Assembly: GCF_001194135.2 (NCBI RefSeq)
Contig: NC_068993.1
Span: 42,530,287 to 42,594,286, forward strand
Reading direction: 5' to 3'
Origin: Octopus bimaculoides
Lineage: Eukaryota
DNA: 64,000 nt
In this document: positions 1 through 13,000 of the stretch, piece after piece
Numbering within the stretch: the stretch's first letter is position 1
Layout of the letters: each line of letters opens with the position of its first letter
Program-made: the position numbers and the translations under genes
Notes under the pieces: generated by a model
What the model was told of the DNA's origin: nothing
The model's input: the letters and a program-made list of their open reading frames with translations, nothing else
Databases searched by the model: none

Positions 1-1189
1 ACGAAATCATATCTAACAATGACGCTGTGTAAGTGATATTGAAACAACACTGATCCTAATTTTTTTAATTGTTTTACAACTATAGTTGAATTCTCATTAG
101 AGGAGGCAAAACAGGATATTAAAGCATTGTCCAATAAAGATTAATTAAAATGTTTTGATGCGCCCGAGATTGCTAAACGTATGACCGTAATCATTTAGAT
201 ATTCAAATATTATTACTTCTCGAATATCCAAAGCCCAGAAAGGACTCATTTACAAATATGATGTCGCGTTGGCGTAAAATAGCATCGCTTACAGCACCTA
301 TGGGGGACAAGGCCATTATAAAAATGTTATGCCTATATGTGCTTACAAAATAATTATCATATAACTCTTTCAACATTGAGGGCCATGACAAGGTTCCTTA
401 GCATCATCAAACTCTTTGACTCGGGTTTCAGCTTGAAGTGGCTTTTGGCTAAGCATTCTACCTACGAGATACAGATCTCTGCTTTCTCAGTTTCAGGCAA
501 TAACGTTCTACCATCGTGTTTTGTGATCGGACTCTCTCTGACTTATATTTTATATCAATTCTGGTAAAGCCCAATGTTTGGTCATGTTCATTACGCTAAT
601 CCTTCTATACATTAATCACGTGTTTGTTGATATTTATAACCTCACTGATTACTATGCAGTGTGCAATCTATTTGATATTTTCTTCCCAGGTCTTTCGAGA
701 ACGCAACTTAAACACATTTACATGAACACAAGTGTCGAATACAGAATTTAATGAAAATATAAGAAACTAGTCTTCTTTTGCAGAACCAATGCATAATCGC
801 AACATACACCAAGGAAATTGTCTTGCAACATGCAGTTCTTATATGTAAAGATACCCAATAGCTATCAAAATATTTGATGAGTTTTCACTGCGGCTTCTCA
901 TATTTACAACTGACAGACAATTCTGATTACCTGACACTCTCAAAAGTCAAATGTGATTCAAATAAGAATAATAAGCAAACTGCAGTAATTGGCTGTGCAA
1001 GAGGCAAACATCCAGCGTGTTGTGATCTACCCTTCGTGCTTTATGGATATGTGTATAAGTCTGATTTATTCCTTCTTCTTCTTTTGACGACATCTGTCGA
1101 ACTGGCAGATGCCTGGGAGCATTTTCAGCGGCATAAAATGTTTAGAGGTAGCTCTTCCGCGAATGATGCAAACATGGATGCAGGTCCAA

Positions 1190-1340
1190 AGCGTGAAGTT
1201 TAAAATATTGGACAGATAGATTTCTTGCAGATCTATCCATGACAATCTCCAAACCTGAGATATAGCGTAGAGAGAGTGCTTAATAAATCTGGCTTCGGTG
1301 AAGTCGACCATCGGCACTTGGTTGTTGTCTTCGAGGACAG
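1190..1340 (+). mobile_element. Heavily decayed Tx1/L1-type reverse transcriptase fragment
   Basis: Frameshifted translation RSIHDNLQ / LRYSVERVLNKSGFGEVDHRHLVVVF parallels SIHDNLHLMRYIIVKVAKKSG...DRVDHLYM of the RT at 41.4-41.8 kb, with the LINLDQSKAFDR block deleted. Confidence 0.5.
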
Positions 1341-1499
1341 TTAACTATTGTTGGAAATGGATAACCTCAACTTGTACCCTGCAAATTATAAACAATTAAA
1401 ACCTCCGCCACGAACTACATGCCGATTGAATAAGGGAATTGTTATAAGATTCAGAGGGAGAAAATATGACAAGGAAAACTTGAAAAGAAGAATTCATTA

Positions 1500-2370
1500 A
1501 GGACATGCAATGTCATGCTAGGTAGAGAATCCGAGACATGAGAATTATATAAAGTATAGACCAAAAATACTTAGCAATCAATGAACTTGAGTAACACGAA
1601 TAAAAGTTGAAATATTTTTGACGCACTAGATGAATGCCTGAGAGATAAAGTTATTGCTTAGAAGAGAATAACTACTTCAGTTATGATATTCTAAAGTTGG
1701 GATTAAAAGAAGTAGGAAGGCTAAAGAGAAAATAAATAAAATAAAGTGTATTTGAAGACTTCAACTAATATCTGACTTAGTAAGAATATAGTTATTGCGA
1801 AATACATTCCGCGTGTCATATAACAGCGATATGGGCAAAAGATTAACCAGTGTGGAAACACAAGGAGAAAACTTGCAACACTGTGTAAGAAATGCAGATT
1901 TCAAACCTGAGACGACTGGCTTCGGTATTTTTCTTTGTAGTCTGCATCCTTGAATCTGGCAGAAGATGAAAGCCTCTTCTCTAAAGATCACCAGATGAAT
2001 CTTATGAATCCGAATGAGTAAAATTACAGCAGACGAAACAATTGTCTCAAGTAACAAGCCTCAGCGAAAGACATGTAGCTGGAAGATATACCCGAAATTT
2101 GATATACCAACACAATATTGCATTGATATACAGCGGAAAAAAGTCTTATAGAATAATGAAAAGACCGCACTTTGGGATATGCTAATACACAGAAATAAAA
2201 ATTTATTGGCAAATAGTTGTGGCAAAGAGTGACAATAAAATAAATTCCATTATTCTACTAATCGAATTATCAGTCTCAGCAGACTGTAATGTATCTATAC
2301 ATAAATTATCCAAATATAAAGACCTGATAATAGAGTTAAACAGAATGCAGAAACTGAAAACAGAAACACT
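1500..2370 (+). mobile_element. Decayed RLE-type (R4/Dong-like) non-LTR retrotransposon, RT tail to restriction-like endonuclease
   Basis: By-eye translations LAEDESLFSKDHQMNL (AAQDQSL-TR motif, ~1956), LWDMLIH (~2170) and LLIELSVSADCNVSIHKLSKYKDLIIELNRMQKLKTET (2255-2370) fit the C-terminal RLE domain. The 5' boundary is approximate. Confidence 0.7.
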
Positions 2371-2782
2371 CCTTTTAATCTAGATGTACTAATAAGCACA
2401 CAAATGCAATCAAAACGATAGGACATAGAAATATGCCCAACAGTGTCAAAAGAAAGGGGCTTAGTCGGACATATACGAGCACACGTATCCATAAAGTACG
2501 AAGGGAAGATCATAATAAGTTATTTGTCTCTCGCACAGCCAGTCATTGGTTGTATCTTCCTTGCTATTTTCTGTTTTCTGAAAATAGCACTACTAGACAA
2601 TGCATCTATATTAGAAAGGGCCCTTCAATACAATTGAAATCACTATAATAAAAGAAGCGGAAAACTAACTGCATGTCTCAAAAGGCCATAGACGTGGTCT
2701 TCGTTCTATTGTGGAATCACGCAAAAAAAAGTAATACTACAGAAGAGTATGTATTATAAGTTCATACATATGCATAACGCTA

Positions 2783-2940
2783 CAAATTTGGGTAGAGGAG
2801 TCAGTCAACTAAAGTAGCCCAATACTTGATCGCTACTTTGACCTCATTGACCATCAGCAGGATGAATGACGAGAGTGGCATTGGTAGAATCTGAACTGAG
2901 CATAAAGAGCTTAAAGGAATAGCGCAAAGCAACGTGATTG
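2783..2940 (-). mobile_element. Degenerate SINE family B copy
   Basis: Patchy similarity to the better copies at 33.1, 52.3 and 58.5 kb. Confidence 0.4.
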
Positions 2941-3536
2941 ACACCTTTTTGTGAAACTACCCCTGTAATTGATTTAGTGTCTGAAAACAATAATTTCAAA
3001 ATCGCAGCATCTTATATTTTGGCGAGCACAAGGGAAGCAACCAGATTTAGATGTTGTTGATGTGTCACTTTTCAAAAACGAAATAAAATACATTATTAGT
3101 TTTAACTCACTGAGTTTTTTCAACCAAACTATAATAAAGAAAATTTCAATTAATCGATACTGCTGATATTACAGGAAAGAAAGAAATGCATGTTTTGATT
3201 TAAAGAACCATTTAACTCAAAGCATACCAAATTTGAACGCGATCGATGAAAACAAATTGTCAGTAAAAGAGCATATGCGATATACTACATTAAATCGATC
3301 CTCTGCTATCAGTAGTTATCATGTTCGGGATAGATGGTAACAATGACCTTGGCAACTGTTCAGTTCACAGTTGGCATCTTCCGAGCCGTATCGGTACGAG
3401 AAATTATTTTCCCATTTCCTCTGCACTGTTCATTTGAACCGACCTATATGACTCGCAATAATTGTGTAAAAATAATATTAATAATATTTGATTTTTAAAA
3501 AAATGATAAATTGATATGAAACTCTGCTTTCAAAAC

Positions 3537-3567
3537 TCTCTCTCTCTCTCCCTCTCTCTCTCTCTCC

Positions 3568-3599
<32 letters not shown>

Positions 3600-3880
3600 A
3601 TATATATATATATATACATACATACATGGTGGTTGTCTACTCCTTAAACAGAGTTTGACCACATCCTGCACCTACACCNNNNNNNNNNTTTGAGGCCAGC
3701 CAAGGACAGACATGGTCTGTCACAGACTGTGCACACAAAAAGGTCCTTGTCATTCACCTTCTCAGTCTTCACCTTTTTCCTTAAATGTCTCTTGAGCCCT
3801 GCTTGCATCATCCTGGCCTCATACATGCATACATACATACATACATACATACATACACATACATACATACATACATACAA
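3537..3880. repeat. (TC)n/(TA)n and (CATA)n microsatellites flanking an RTE fragment
   Basis: Directly visible simple repeats. Confidence 0.95.
3628..3823 (-). mobile_element. RTE-type LINE 3' end fragment
   Basis: ORF 3644-3880 reads EARMMQAGLKRHLRK...FVCTVCDRPCLSLAGLK, matching the C-x2-C-x-R-x-C-x-S-x2-GL zinc motif at the end of RTE ORFs. Confidence 0.7.
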
Positions 3881-4809
3881 CTGAGTTTATATTGACTAAA
3901 ACTTAAAAACATACATAAACAAGTATTGAAATAAGAATGGCGTAAGGTTAAATTAAATACAAAAAAATTCTTTATCATGGAATATGTTTGCCAACGAGAA
4001 GCACAGATGTTCCTGTGTGCAGCTCATATTTCTATCATGCTATCATAATGGAGTAGAGTTTATTTCGATGTGAACTATTTTAAACATATCTATAATTTCT
4101 ATTTTCTCAAATATATTCACTATCCATAAATCTGCCCATTATTTTATTACAATAAAAAATAAAATTTACAACGTCAACAAAATTAAAAGGGCTATAGAAT
4201 CGTAAACTTTTCGTAGCTTTTAAAGAATATTACACTCTAAGTGAAGTGATTTCCATTAAAGATTACTAGCAGTTGGTGGTAAATTGTTAGAAGGGATAAA
4301 TTCAGAATTAAGAACTCATTTTAAAATCTTCAGTCAAAAAGATAACATCACTGAAAATATAAAATTCAATTTAAAGCTTTTAAAAAGTAACACGATTACA
4401 ATTTATGCGTTTCTAATTTCTTTTAGAGCGAACGAAATGCTAATCCGCCATATATGAAAATAACATTTTCTGGATGTTTCTAGAAAGTAAATTTTGACTT
4501 AAAGTTATTACTTTTTTTATTTATTTCCGAGAAATTCCGAGAGATGTTTGGACGGTAGTTAAATAAATAACTGAAAATAATTATATTTTCCTCGCACTGG
4601 TTTCTGTCTTCATCCTTACAATTGAATTATTGTTATCGAGTTGACTACTTATGTGGTATAGCAAATATCTGGGGAAATGGAAAGGACTGCTTCAACTGAA
4701 TGTTCCGTTGCTATTTCTTCTTAAAGAATTGTTACAGCATATACCAAACATATATTATGTTTCCAAACATACAATTTGGTAAAAAAAGAAAGAAAACGAA
4801 ATATTGATG

Positions 4810-5450
4810 ACGCGTTGTGTTAAAAAGCTCATTTTGTAATCACGCAGATTCAGGTTCAATTCCACTGCTTGGGACTTTGGTCACGTGCCTTCTATTATCG
4901 CCCCGCGCCGAACGATTCCTTGTGAGTAAATGTTGTAAACGAAAACTTTGTTGAAGACCATCATATACGCATACATTTTTTTTACGTCTTACGTTTTAGT
5001 TTTCCGTTTTCTCTTTTACCCTTCCACGTTTTGTATATGCTGCCGTCTCAATTTTTTTCGCGTTTCATCTCTCATTCAATTTTTATAGTTCGTTATGATA
5101 TGTGGCTTCTGCCTGACGAATATGTTTGAGAAATTTCTAAACATATGAAACTATTAGTAGCACTTAATGGTACGTATTGTGTCCTTTAAATAAAGAATAT
5201 TTATCTGTGTGTGTCTGTGTCTGTGTGTTTGTGCATTTGTGTGTGTGTGTATGTGTGTGTGTGTGTGCGTGTGTGCGTGTGTGCGTGTGTGTGTGTATGT
5301 GTGTGTGCGTGTGCGTGTGCGTGCGAGCGCGCGTCTACATACATTATCGGTTTGGAAAAGAGTGTGCTAGAATAGGTAGCAGTCTTAAAAATATAAATAC
5401 TTGAGTTGATTTATTCGACTAATTCCTTCAAGACGACTCCCCGAAGTAAA
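4810..5450 (+). mobile_element. Old SINE family A copy (head 4810-4970, tail 5345-5450) interrupted by a hammerhead-bearing insert and (TG)n
   Basis: Head ggttcaattccactgc...ccttgtgag...gaagaccatcatatacg and tail agaataggtagcag...gatttattcgacta resemble the intact copy at 36181-36556. Confidence 0.55.
5110..5162 (+). ncRNA. Minimal type I hammerhead ribozyme, probably from a Penelope-like pseudo-LTR
   Basis: Stem I tgc(5110-12)/gca(5160-62); core CTGACGA 5113-19; stem II atatgttt(5120-27)/aaacatat(5139-46); GAAA 5147-50; stem III act/agt; GTA cleavage triplet 5157-59; AATAAA about 25 nt downstream. Confidence 0.8.
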
Positions 5451-7493
5451 AGGTAACAACGTAACAGGTAAGAGAATTATTATGTATGCCATTGTTGTTC
5501 CTTCACTTTTTTTTTTATTCTACTATCGCTGGTATGTAATAATTTTGTGGTTCTCATATACAAAGGAGTTTTATTAGATACCACACCCGTTTTGCATGGT
5601 AGTCTGCATGTGTAACCGCGAAAGTGAGAACATATGCCGGGTGTGGCACTAAAAGCGGGGGCGCAAAGGAACATAGTTGGCGTAACATACTGAATGTGAA
5701 GTAAGTGACCTTAAGAAAATTGAAGTTATGTTTGCTTAAATATAACTATTTTTTTTTTACTGGAATTCGGCCTGCAAACGGAAGAATATACAAGGGTTTA
5801 AATATGCGTACAATTTCGTAAGATGTACTATCGTGTGTACAAAGGCATGCCATAACGCTTAGTATGCGGCACTCATATTGCTCCGGTCTACTCAGCTGTA
5901 TATAATAGCCTTACGACGAATTGACGTTCTGTCCAGGGTAAACCTTGCAATTTGGGTGACTTATTCGACATAGAAAATAGTCCTATGTGCCCTAGGACTC
6001 GAACCAGAACTTACCATCAACTGCTTTCCTTCAAAATTTCTTTCACTTCTCGCAATCGCTACTTTTGAAACCCTCGGCTAGTGTGCCAGGAATACACCAC
6101 CGAAAAACTCCAGCATTTTGCCAATAGTCTACTCTCCCATTCCTGAGTTCCATCAGGTACTTGAATATTTATGTCTCTCCTCCTCTAAGGTCCGGAATAT
6201 ACTGCACATTAAACTACATTCGTTATTTGCCCGTGCAGCAAACTGAATCGGCTCGGACGATTCAACGGAAATGCACATAATCCGTAGACTTATGACAGCT
6301 GGATACGTTCACTGGAGTAGTGGGTATTTATTAAGTTCGTGACCATGAAGACGCGACATTTTATTACATTGCTAATAAGAACACCTCTATCAATTGTAAC
6401 ATCGATATTCTATGCTTTTAATACAGAATTCTAAACGTTGAACTTTTATATTATGTAATACGCTAACATGAAATTATGTATTTCGGAATCCTGAGATTCT
6501 GCATGCTCATCTTTTGTATTCTTTCTCTTACAACCGTCAATTCGATTTGCACTCCACATTCTGCGTAATGGAGTCGATTTAGACTTGTTTATGCTGCATA
6601 TTTTCATGTAGCATGTATTTACCACGTTGTATTATGCTGTATTGCGTTGTATTGTGATAGTGCATTGTATTTCATTGTACGGCAGGTGTACTGTAGATAG
6701 GTAACACCCAGATTGTAAATACTGCAACAGAAACCACTCATAGTGTGTATCACTCTGAAAAGGTCAAAAAGATCATTTGTGCAGTGCAAAGTTCTGAAGT
6801 GGCAAATGAACACAAAACCTGAGCATGACATTGCATTTTTGACACCCAATCTTGGTCCTAGTATTTCATATTTTGTATTGGAATCTGATGTTTGTTTGGT
6901 TTTTGAAACCATAGTAAGCATTATCCTCCCACAAACCTACCTTATATTCCACTTTTACCAGCTCATTTGACCATTTCAGTATTTCACCATCGAAATTGTC
7001 TACGATTTACAACGGTTAACATTCTCTTTTCTTCAACGATATTTACTACACTGCTACCTAGCAGTAATTTCTAAGTATAGGAATGACATCGAATCTTGGA
7101 TACACCCCACCTACTTCACTGGACCTTTCACTCTGTTTTTCCTATATTTTTTCGACTTTCGTTTTTCCTATTTTTCTGCTGACTCAGCGGTAAAGCCTGT
7201 TTGTGTAGTCTGTGCTAGCAGTTGCTGTTTTAATCAAACAGTTCTGTCCTGTTGGCATTGATCAACCAATCCTATGCTTTTATCCATCTATTGTTATCGG
7301 GAGAGTTCTGTCTTTCCTTACTTTACCATTTCATTTTGCTCTATGAATTGGTTTTATTTCTTGGAAACTTCAATATAATAGTCAACTGCATCAGTCGAAA
7401 TGAATTGTCATCCTCACCTTACTATCGAGTATTTTTTTCTTAGATTCATTAAGACAAAAGTATATGCGTGTGTAAGTGTCTGTGTGTGTGAAC

Positions 7494-7546
<53 letters not shown>

Positions 7547-8479
7547 CATGTGAACCTCTGTCGCTTGTCTTTATCAGGATGTATCTTATATGCGTTTTAT
7601 TGCAAAGCTGCATTTGGAAACTCGTCATACTCATTTCCAATGCATTTGTATAAAAACTCTCAAACGCCTCTTAAATTGGTAATCGTGTGTATATGGGGTA
7701 GGGGTTAAATAATTAAAAACGTTTGCTTCGGTGAGTAATTTTACAAATAATGCCAATGGATATCTTGAAATAATTTAGTACCATATTAGCTATTAGTATT
7801 ATATAAAAATTGTCGGTGACCAGCAAAGACAATGGCAGAAGTGGGTTTCTATTTGTATACGGCTAAATATTTAAGGAATAAGACGAAATATGAATAACGC
7901 AAACACATACATAAGGTAAGAGAAATAACTATGAGAGAATGCTCCCATCGTGCAAAAATATGGTTTGAAATTGACATGTGGGTCTTAGAAATTTGCTTAT
8001 TTTTGGAAAGCTATTTGTATATTGTGTTCATGATGTTTCGACTGTTATCGTACATCACTGTTTTTGTGATACAGTGTATAAAACATGCAACACACATCTA
8101 TAACTGTATTTTTTATCTACTGTCAAAAACATCAAGTGATCATAGATTTATATATAAATCTGTCTGCCAAGAAAAAATGAGTTTGTAAATTTAATACATT
8201 ATAATGATTTATAAAGATTTATTTCAATACGTTTCTTGTTTACATTTCATGATATCCAGTGTAAGATTACAACAATATTTAGTACAGAGTCGGGGGAAAT
8301 TAATACACACTATTACACAACATGAACAAAACAAAAGACTATACTGAGTCTTTAATAAAGACAACAAATACGAAGCAATAATAGTAAGCTATAAAGAAAT
8401 TGGAGAAGCAATAACAGAAGATATGCATTTTCAAAAATCTAAACTAAAATTTTAATTACAGATAAAACGATCCAAAAAA

Positions 8480-9153
8480 AGAGCTACAAGGCCAAACCTG
8501 AATAAAGCTGAACAGAATAGAATTAAAGAAAACTAACAATGGATGAAAATTAGTGACTCATCGTAGTGCCTGCAGGATTCCTGTTTCCTGCACAGGACCA
8601 AATCCTCCTCACCAGAAAGGTAATGAAGCAGAATACTTCAAAATACATTCACTGATATAACAGTGTGAGAACAAACATAATATGGAAATAATGGCAGCAT
8701 ACGTATTAAATACGAACAGAAAAGAGTTGGTATACATGTAATGAGGAGAGATTTCCCGACAATGGCCAAGCAAACGTATTCTGGGATATTGTAGTACACA
8801 TAGGCAGGAGGGTCATAGTTTACAACCATTATATATCTAAAAGAGATGGGGAAATTATCCAAATACAAAGATCTGGTAGCGGAAATACTGGAATGCGGGG
8901 ACTAAAAACAGAAATAATAGTAGTAATGATAATAGGTGCTCTGGAAATGATGAAAAATGTTTGCAGACAAATACATAAAACTTTAGGATGTATTAATATA
9001 CATAATATATAGAATTGAGCAATAGACACATATTACATAAGGTTGATTCAATATAGTAAGAATAATAAGATGAAATGTAATACTGCATATGTCCAAAGAG
9101 CAAGGAACTACCCTCGGTAGTTTAGCAAAAGCACTCAACAAGAACATAGCTAG
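8480..9153 (+). mobile_element. Decayed RLE-type (R4/Dong-like) LINE 3' portion ending at a (TAA)n tract
   Basis: Translations PAQDQILLTRK (~8587), NGQANVFWDIVVHIGRR (8761), GKLSKYKDLVAEI (~8849) and IIGALEMMK (~8929); the 3' end abuts (ATA)n. Confidence 0.75.
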
Positions 9154-9171
9154 TAAATAATAATAATAATG

Positions 9172-9247
<76 letters not shown>

Positions 9248-9269
9248 TAATAACAACGATAATAATAAT

Positions 9270-9302
<33 letters not shown>

Positions 9303-9331
9303 AAGAAGAAGAAGAAGAAGAAGAAGAAGAA
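9154..9331. repeat. (ATA)n then (AGA)n trinucleotide tracts running into a gap
   Basis: Directly visible. Confidence 0.95.
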
Positions 9332-10030
9332 NNNNNNNNNNNNNNNNNNNNNNNNNNNNNNNNNNNNNNNNNNNNNNNNNNNNNNNNNNNNNNNNNNNNN
9401 NNNNNNNNNNNNNNNNNNNNNNNNNNNNNNNNNNNNNNNNNNNNNNNNNNNNNNNNNNNNNNNNNNNNNNNNNNNNNNNNNNNNNNNNNNNNNNNNNNNN
9501 NNNNNNNNNNNNNNNNNNNNNNNNNNNNNNNNNNNNNNNNNNNNNNNNNNNNNNNNNNNNNNNNNNNNNNNNNNNNNNNNNNNNNNNNNNNNNNNNNNNN
9601 NNNNNNNNNNNNNNNNNNNNNNNNNNNNNNNNNNNNNNNNNNNNNNNNNNNNNNNNNNNNNNNNNNNNNNNNNNNNNNNNNNNNNNNNNNNNNNNNNNNN
9701 NNNNNNNNNNNNNNNNNNNNNNNNNNNNNNNNNNNNNNNNNNNNNNNNNNNNNNNNNNNNNNNNNNNNNNNNNNNNNNNNNNNNNNNNNNNNNNNNNNNN
9801 NNNNNNNNNNNNNNNNNNNNNNNNNNNNNNNNNNNNNNNNNNNNNNNNNNNNNNNNNNNNNNNNNNNNNNNNNNNNNNNNNNNNNNNNNNNNNNNNNNNN
9901 NNNNNNNNNNNNNNNNNNNNNNNNNNNNNNNNNNNNNNNNNNNNNNNNNNNNNNNNNNNNNNNNNNNNNNNNNNNNNNNNNNNNNNNNNNNNNNNNNNNN
10001 NNNNNNNNNNNNNNNNNNNNNNNNNNNNNN
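9332..10030. other. Assembly gap. Other N runs: 3679-3688, 11109-11531, 12353-12362, 24332-25328, 31421-31552, 34482-34506, 44354-44546, 49327-49574, 54975-55441, 56371-56812
   Basis: N runs, almost all flanked by simple repeats. Confidence 0.98.
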
Positions 10031-13000
10031 NGATGTAATCTTTTAAGCTTCTAACAGACTACCTAGCGAAATATTAATGAGAATTTATATTTTATATTAT
10101 GTTTTTTTTCTAACATTAAAAGATATCAATAAATTATATTCGGCTTCACATTAGCAATATGACTTTTGGTAGTTCTTGTAAATGCACTGCTTAACGATCA
10201 TAATGGTACACTTTGTAGTATTTTTAATAGAGAAAATATATTTAAATTTTCATTTTTCGTGTTACTGTCAAGTCATTTATTTTCTTCATCTTTTACTAAA
10301 GAATATTTTGGCCGGAAAATGTTATAATTATTTTGCCGATGAAACATTTGAACATTATTTAGGTGCTGCTCCAGTATGTTGTGAAATTATTACATTTGGA
10401 TTATATAAAAATGATCTTCTTCTTTTGGATATTTACCAAATTTATCACTTAAAGAGAAAACTTCCCATCAGACCTAAAAAAAAATTGAAAGAAATTCAAA
10501 TATTGACAATCGACTTAAAAATAGGTTTCCATTAAGACTTTCAATGCAATGCAACATTGACATAACTGGAAGCAAGCCAGAAAATTATATTCTTAAACCC
10601 TTTTAAGAAAAAAAAAAGGTCTAGTAATGCCAATGTTCCTTGTCAATTATAACACTTAGCTGTTCAATGTTACCATTCTCCAGGAGAAAATTCAGTTTGA
10701 ACTTTAAACTACTAAAACATTATGTTCTATAAAAGATTCCTTTAGGAAAACCTATTATTTATAGTTAAGAATACTGTAATTAATGTACCTCTCTGATTTC
10801 AGTCATGAATGTTTTTTTTTTTTGTTTTTTTTTTGCTTATTTTGTAAATCTTTGAGAGAAGATGTATTGAAATTTCAAATATTTTATAAGAGTTATAAAC
10901 AGTATTATGATAAAGTTACAACGTTCTGGAGCACTGATATAGGAAGAGTGCTTTATTCGTCACCACAACTGAACTTTCAAATTTCTTTGAATATTTGTTG
11001 TAAAGTACGTATACATGTATGTACGCACACACACAGACATATGTATGTACGTATGTATATATGCATGTATGTATATAAATATAGATATATATATATATAT
11101 GTATACATNNNNNNNNNNNNNNNNNNNNNNNNNNNNNNNNNNNNNNNNNNNNNNNNNNNNNNNNNNNNNNNNNNNNNNNNNNNNNNNNNNNNNNNNNNNN
11201 NNNNNNNNNNNNNNNNNNNNNNNNNNNNNNNNNNNNNNNNNNNNNNNNNNNNNNNNNNNNNNNNNNNNNNNNNNNNNNNNNNNNNNNNNNNNNNNNNNNN
11301 NNNNNNNNNNNNNNNNNNNNNNNNNNNNNNNNNNNNNNNNNNNNNNNNNNNNNNNNNNNNNNNNNNNNNNNNNNNNNNNNNNNNNNNNNNNNNNNNNNNN
11401 NNNNNNNNNNNNNNNNNNNNNNNNNNNNNNNNNNNNNNNNNNNNNNNNNNNNNNNNNNNNNNNNNNNNNNNNNNNNNNNNNNNNNNNNNNNNNNNNNNNN
11501 NNNNNNNNNNNNNNNNNNNNNNNNNNNNNNNATATATATATATATATATATATATAGATATATATATACATACAAACATACATACATACATACATACATA
11601 CATACATACATACATACATACATACATACATACATAATTATCATTAGAATCATCTATAGGGAAATCTATAGGGAATCTCAATAGGGAAACTCCGTCTCAG
11701 GGGAGATGTTCTATACTAGAAGATAGAGCACTGCTGCATATTCGGTGAGCCTACCCTGACAAAACTCTTGCTGGCCTGGACATCAGACCTCTGCCAGAGA
11801 ATGTCCAGCTGTTATAGTATTAATATTAAAGTACATGATTGTATTTAGTATGTAGATGAAGGTCGGGCACAGATTTAGATACGTATCTATGCTAAAAGTA
11901 GCAAAGCTTCTCATAATATAAAGTGCCCTAAGGAGAACCATGTCTGTGATGAGTTAATTAATTCTCTAGACGTTGCAATATTGTGACCTTAAAATCACAC
12001 CTTACTGTTTAAAACATTGAATGACATAATTGGTGCATTTTCTGAAAGTAAGAAAGAGTGGTCAAGAGCTGAAATATTTTGGATATAGTACCCAACATTT
12101 CCTGTCATAAACGTAAAGCACAACCTTCCTGATATGTGCAATGAAATAAATGGTCCCTGATATCATGTGTTATGTAACGACTGTATAACGCTTAAAGCTT
12201 TAAATCGTTATCGTCTGTTCGTCGCATCCTAAGTACGTATACAGGATGCTGAATGCTTGTAATCTTTAAGTATGGATTTGTAATTCCGGTTAGCATAAAC
12301 AGCTACATTTTACCACACACAGAGACATACACACACACACACACACAGACACNNNNNNNNNNACACACACACACACACACACACACATACACACTGTCTC
12401 TTTCTCTTTCTCACACACACACAGACGGATACACCATCACATGCAAGGAAAGAAAAAGAGTGAGGGGAGCGAGAGACGTAAATATTTGAGACAGTTTCAA
12501 AGAACGTAGCAAAAAGAGTATACATGCATAGAAAATAAAAGACAAAAAAATTCAGATAGTTATGTGGAATCAAACACCTCATTAGTCTACACAAGTGCAT
12601 TCATGCGCACGATTCCGGATTTGAGAACATGTTTTCGCAGATCTAACACATACATCTAAACAATATATTCTGCCGCTGATGGGATTATGTATTTACATAG
12701 ACATGTTTGTGTTTATGTTTGGTAATGTAGCCATGTTCGTATTGTAATTACTGTATCATTACAGTCTTTGTTATTCCATTGTTTGTGTATTCTTTCCCCT
12801 TTAATCATTTTGTATATATTAATTGCTCTTATTGCATTTATTAAATGTTTTTGCAGTTAGGGCTGAAAGCTAATTTTCGTTCGTATTCTCTTGCAATTGC
12901 CATAAAATCTATTGAAATAATATCATTAGCTGAGTGTTGTTTGCTTGCTTGCACCTTGGTATTTTTACCATCTGAAAAGCATATAAACTTTCGGCATAAC

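Noticed and set aside
9169-10038. Long ORFs spanning N runs and microsatellites (also 10783-11681, 24157-25455, 48986-49902, 54800-55673, 56292-57308)
   Set aside because: They are open only because of Ns and stop-free simple repeats.
10182-10535. 117 aa ORF in unique AT-rich DNA
   Set aside because: No recognisable motif or convincing splice pair; composition looks intronic.
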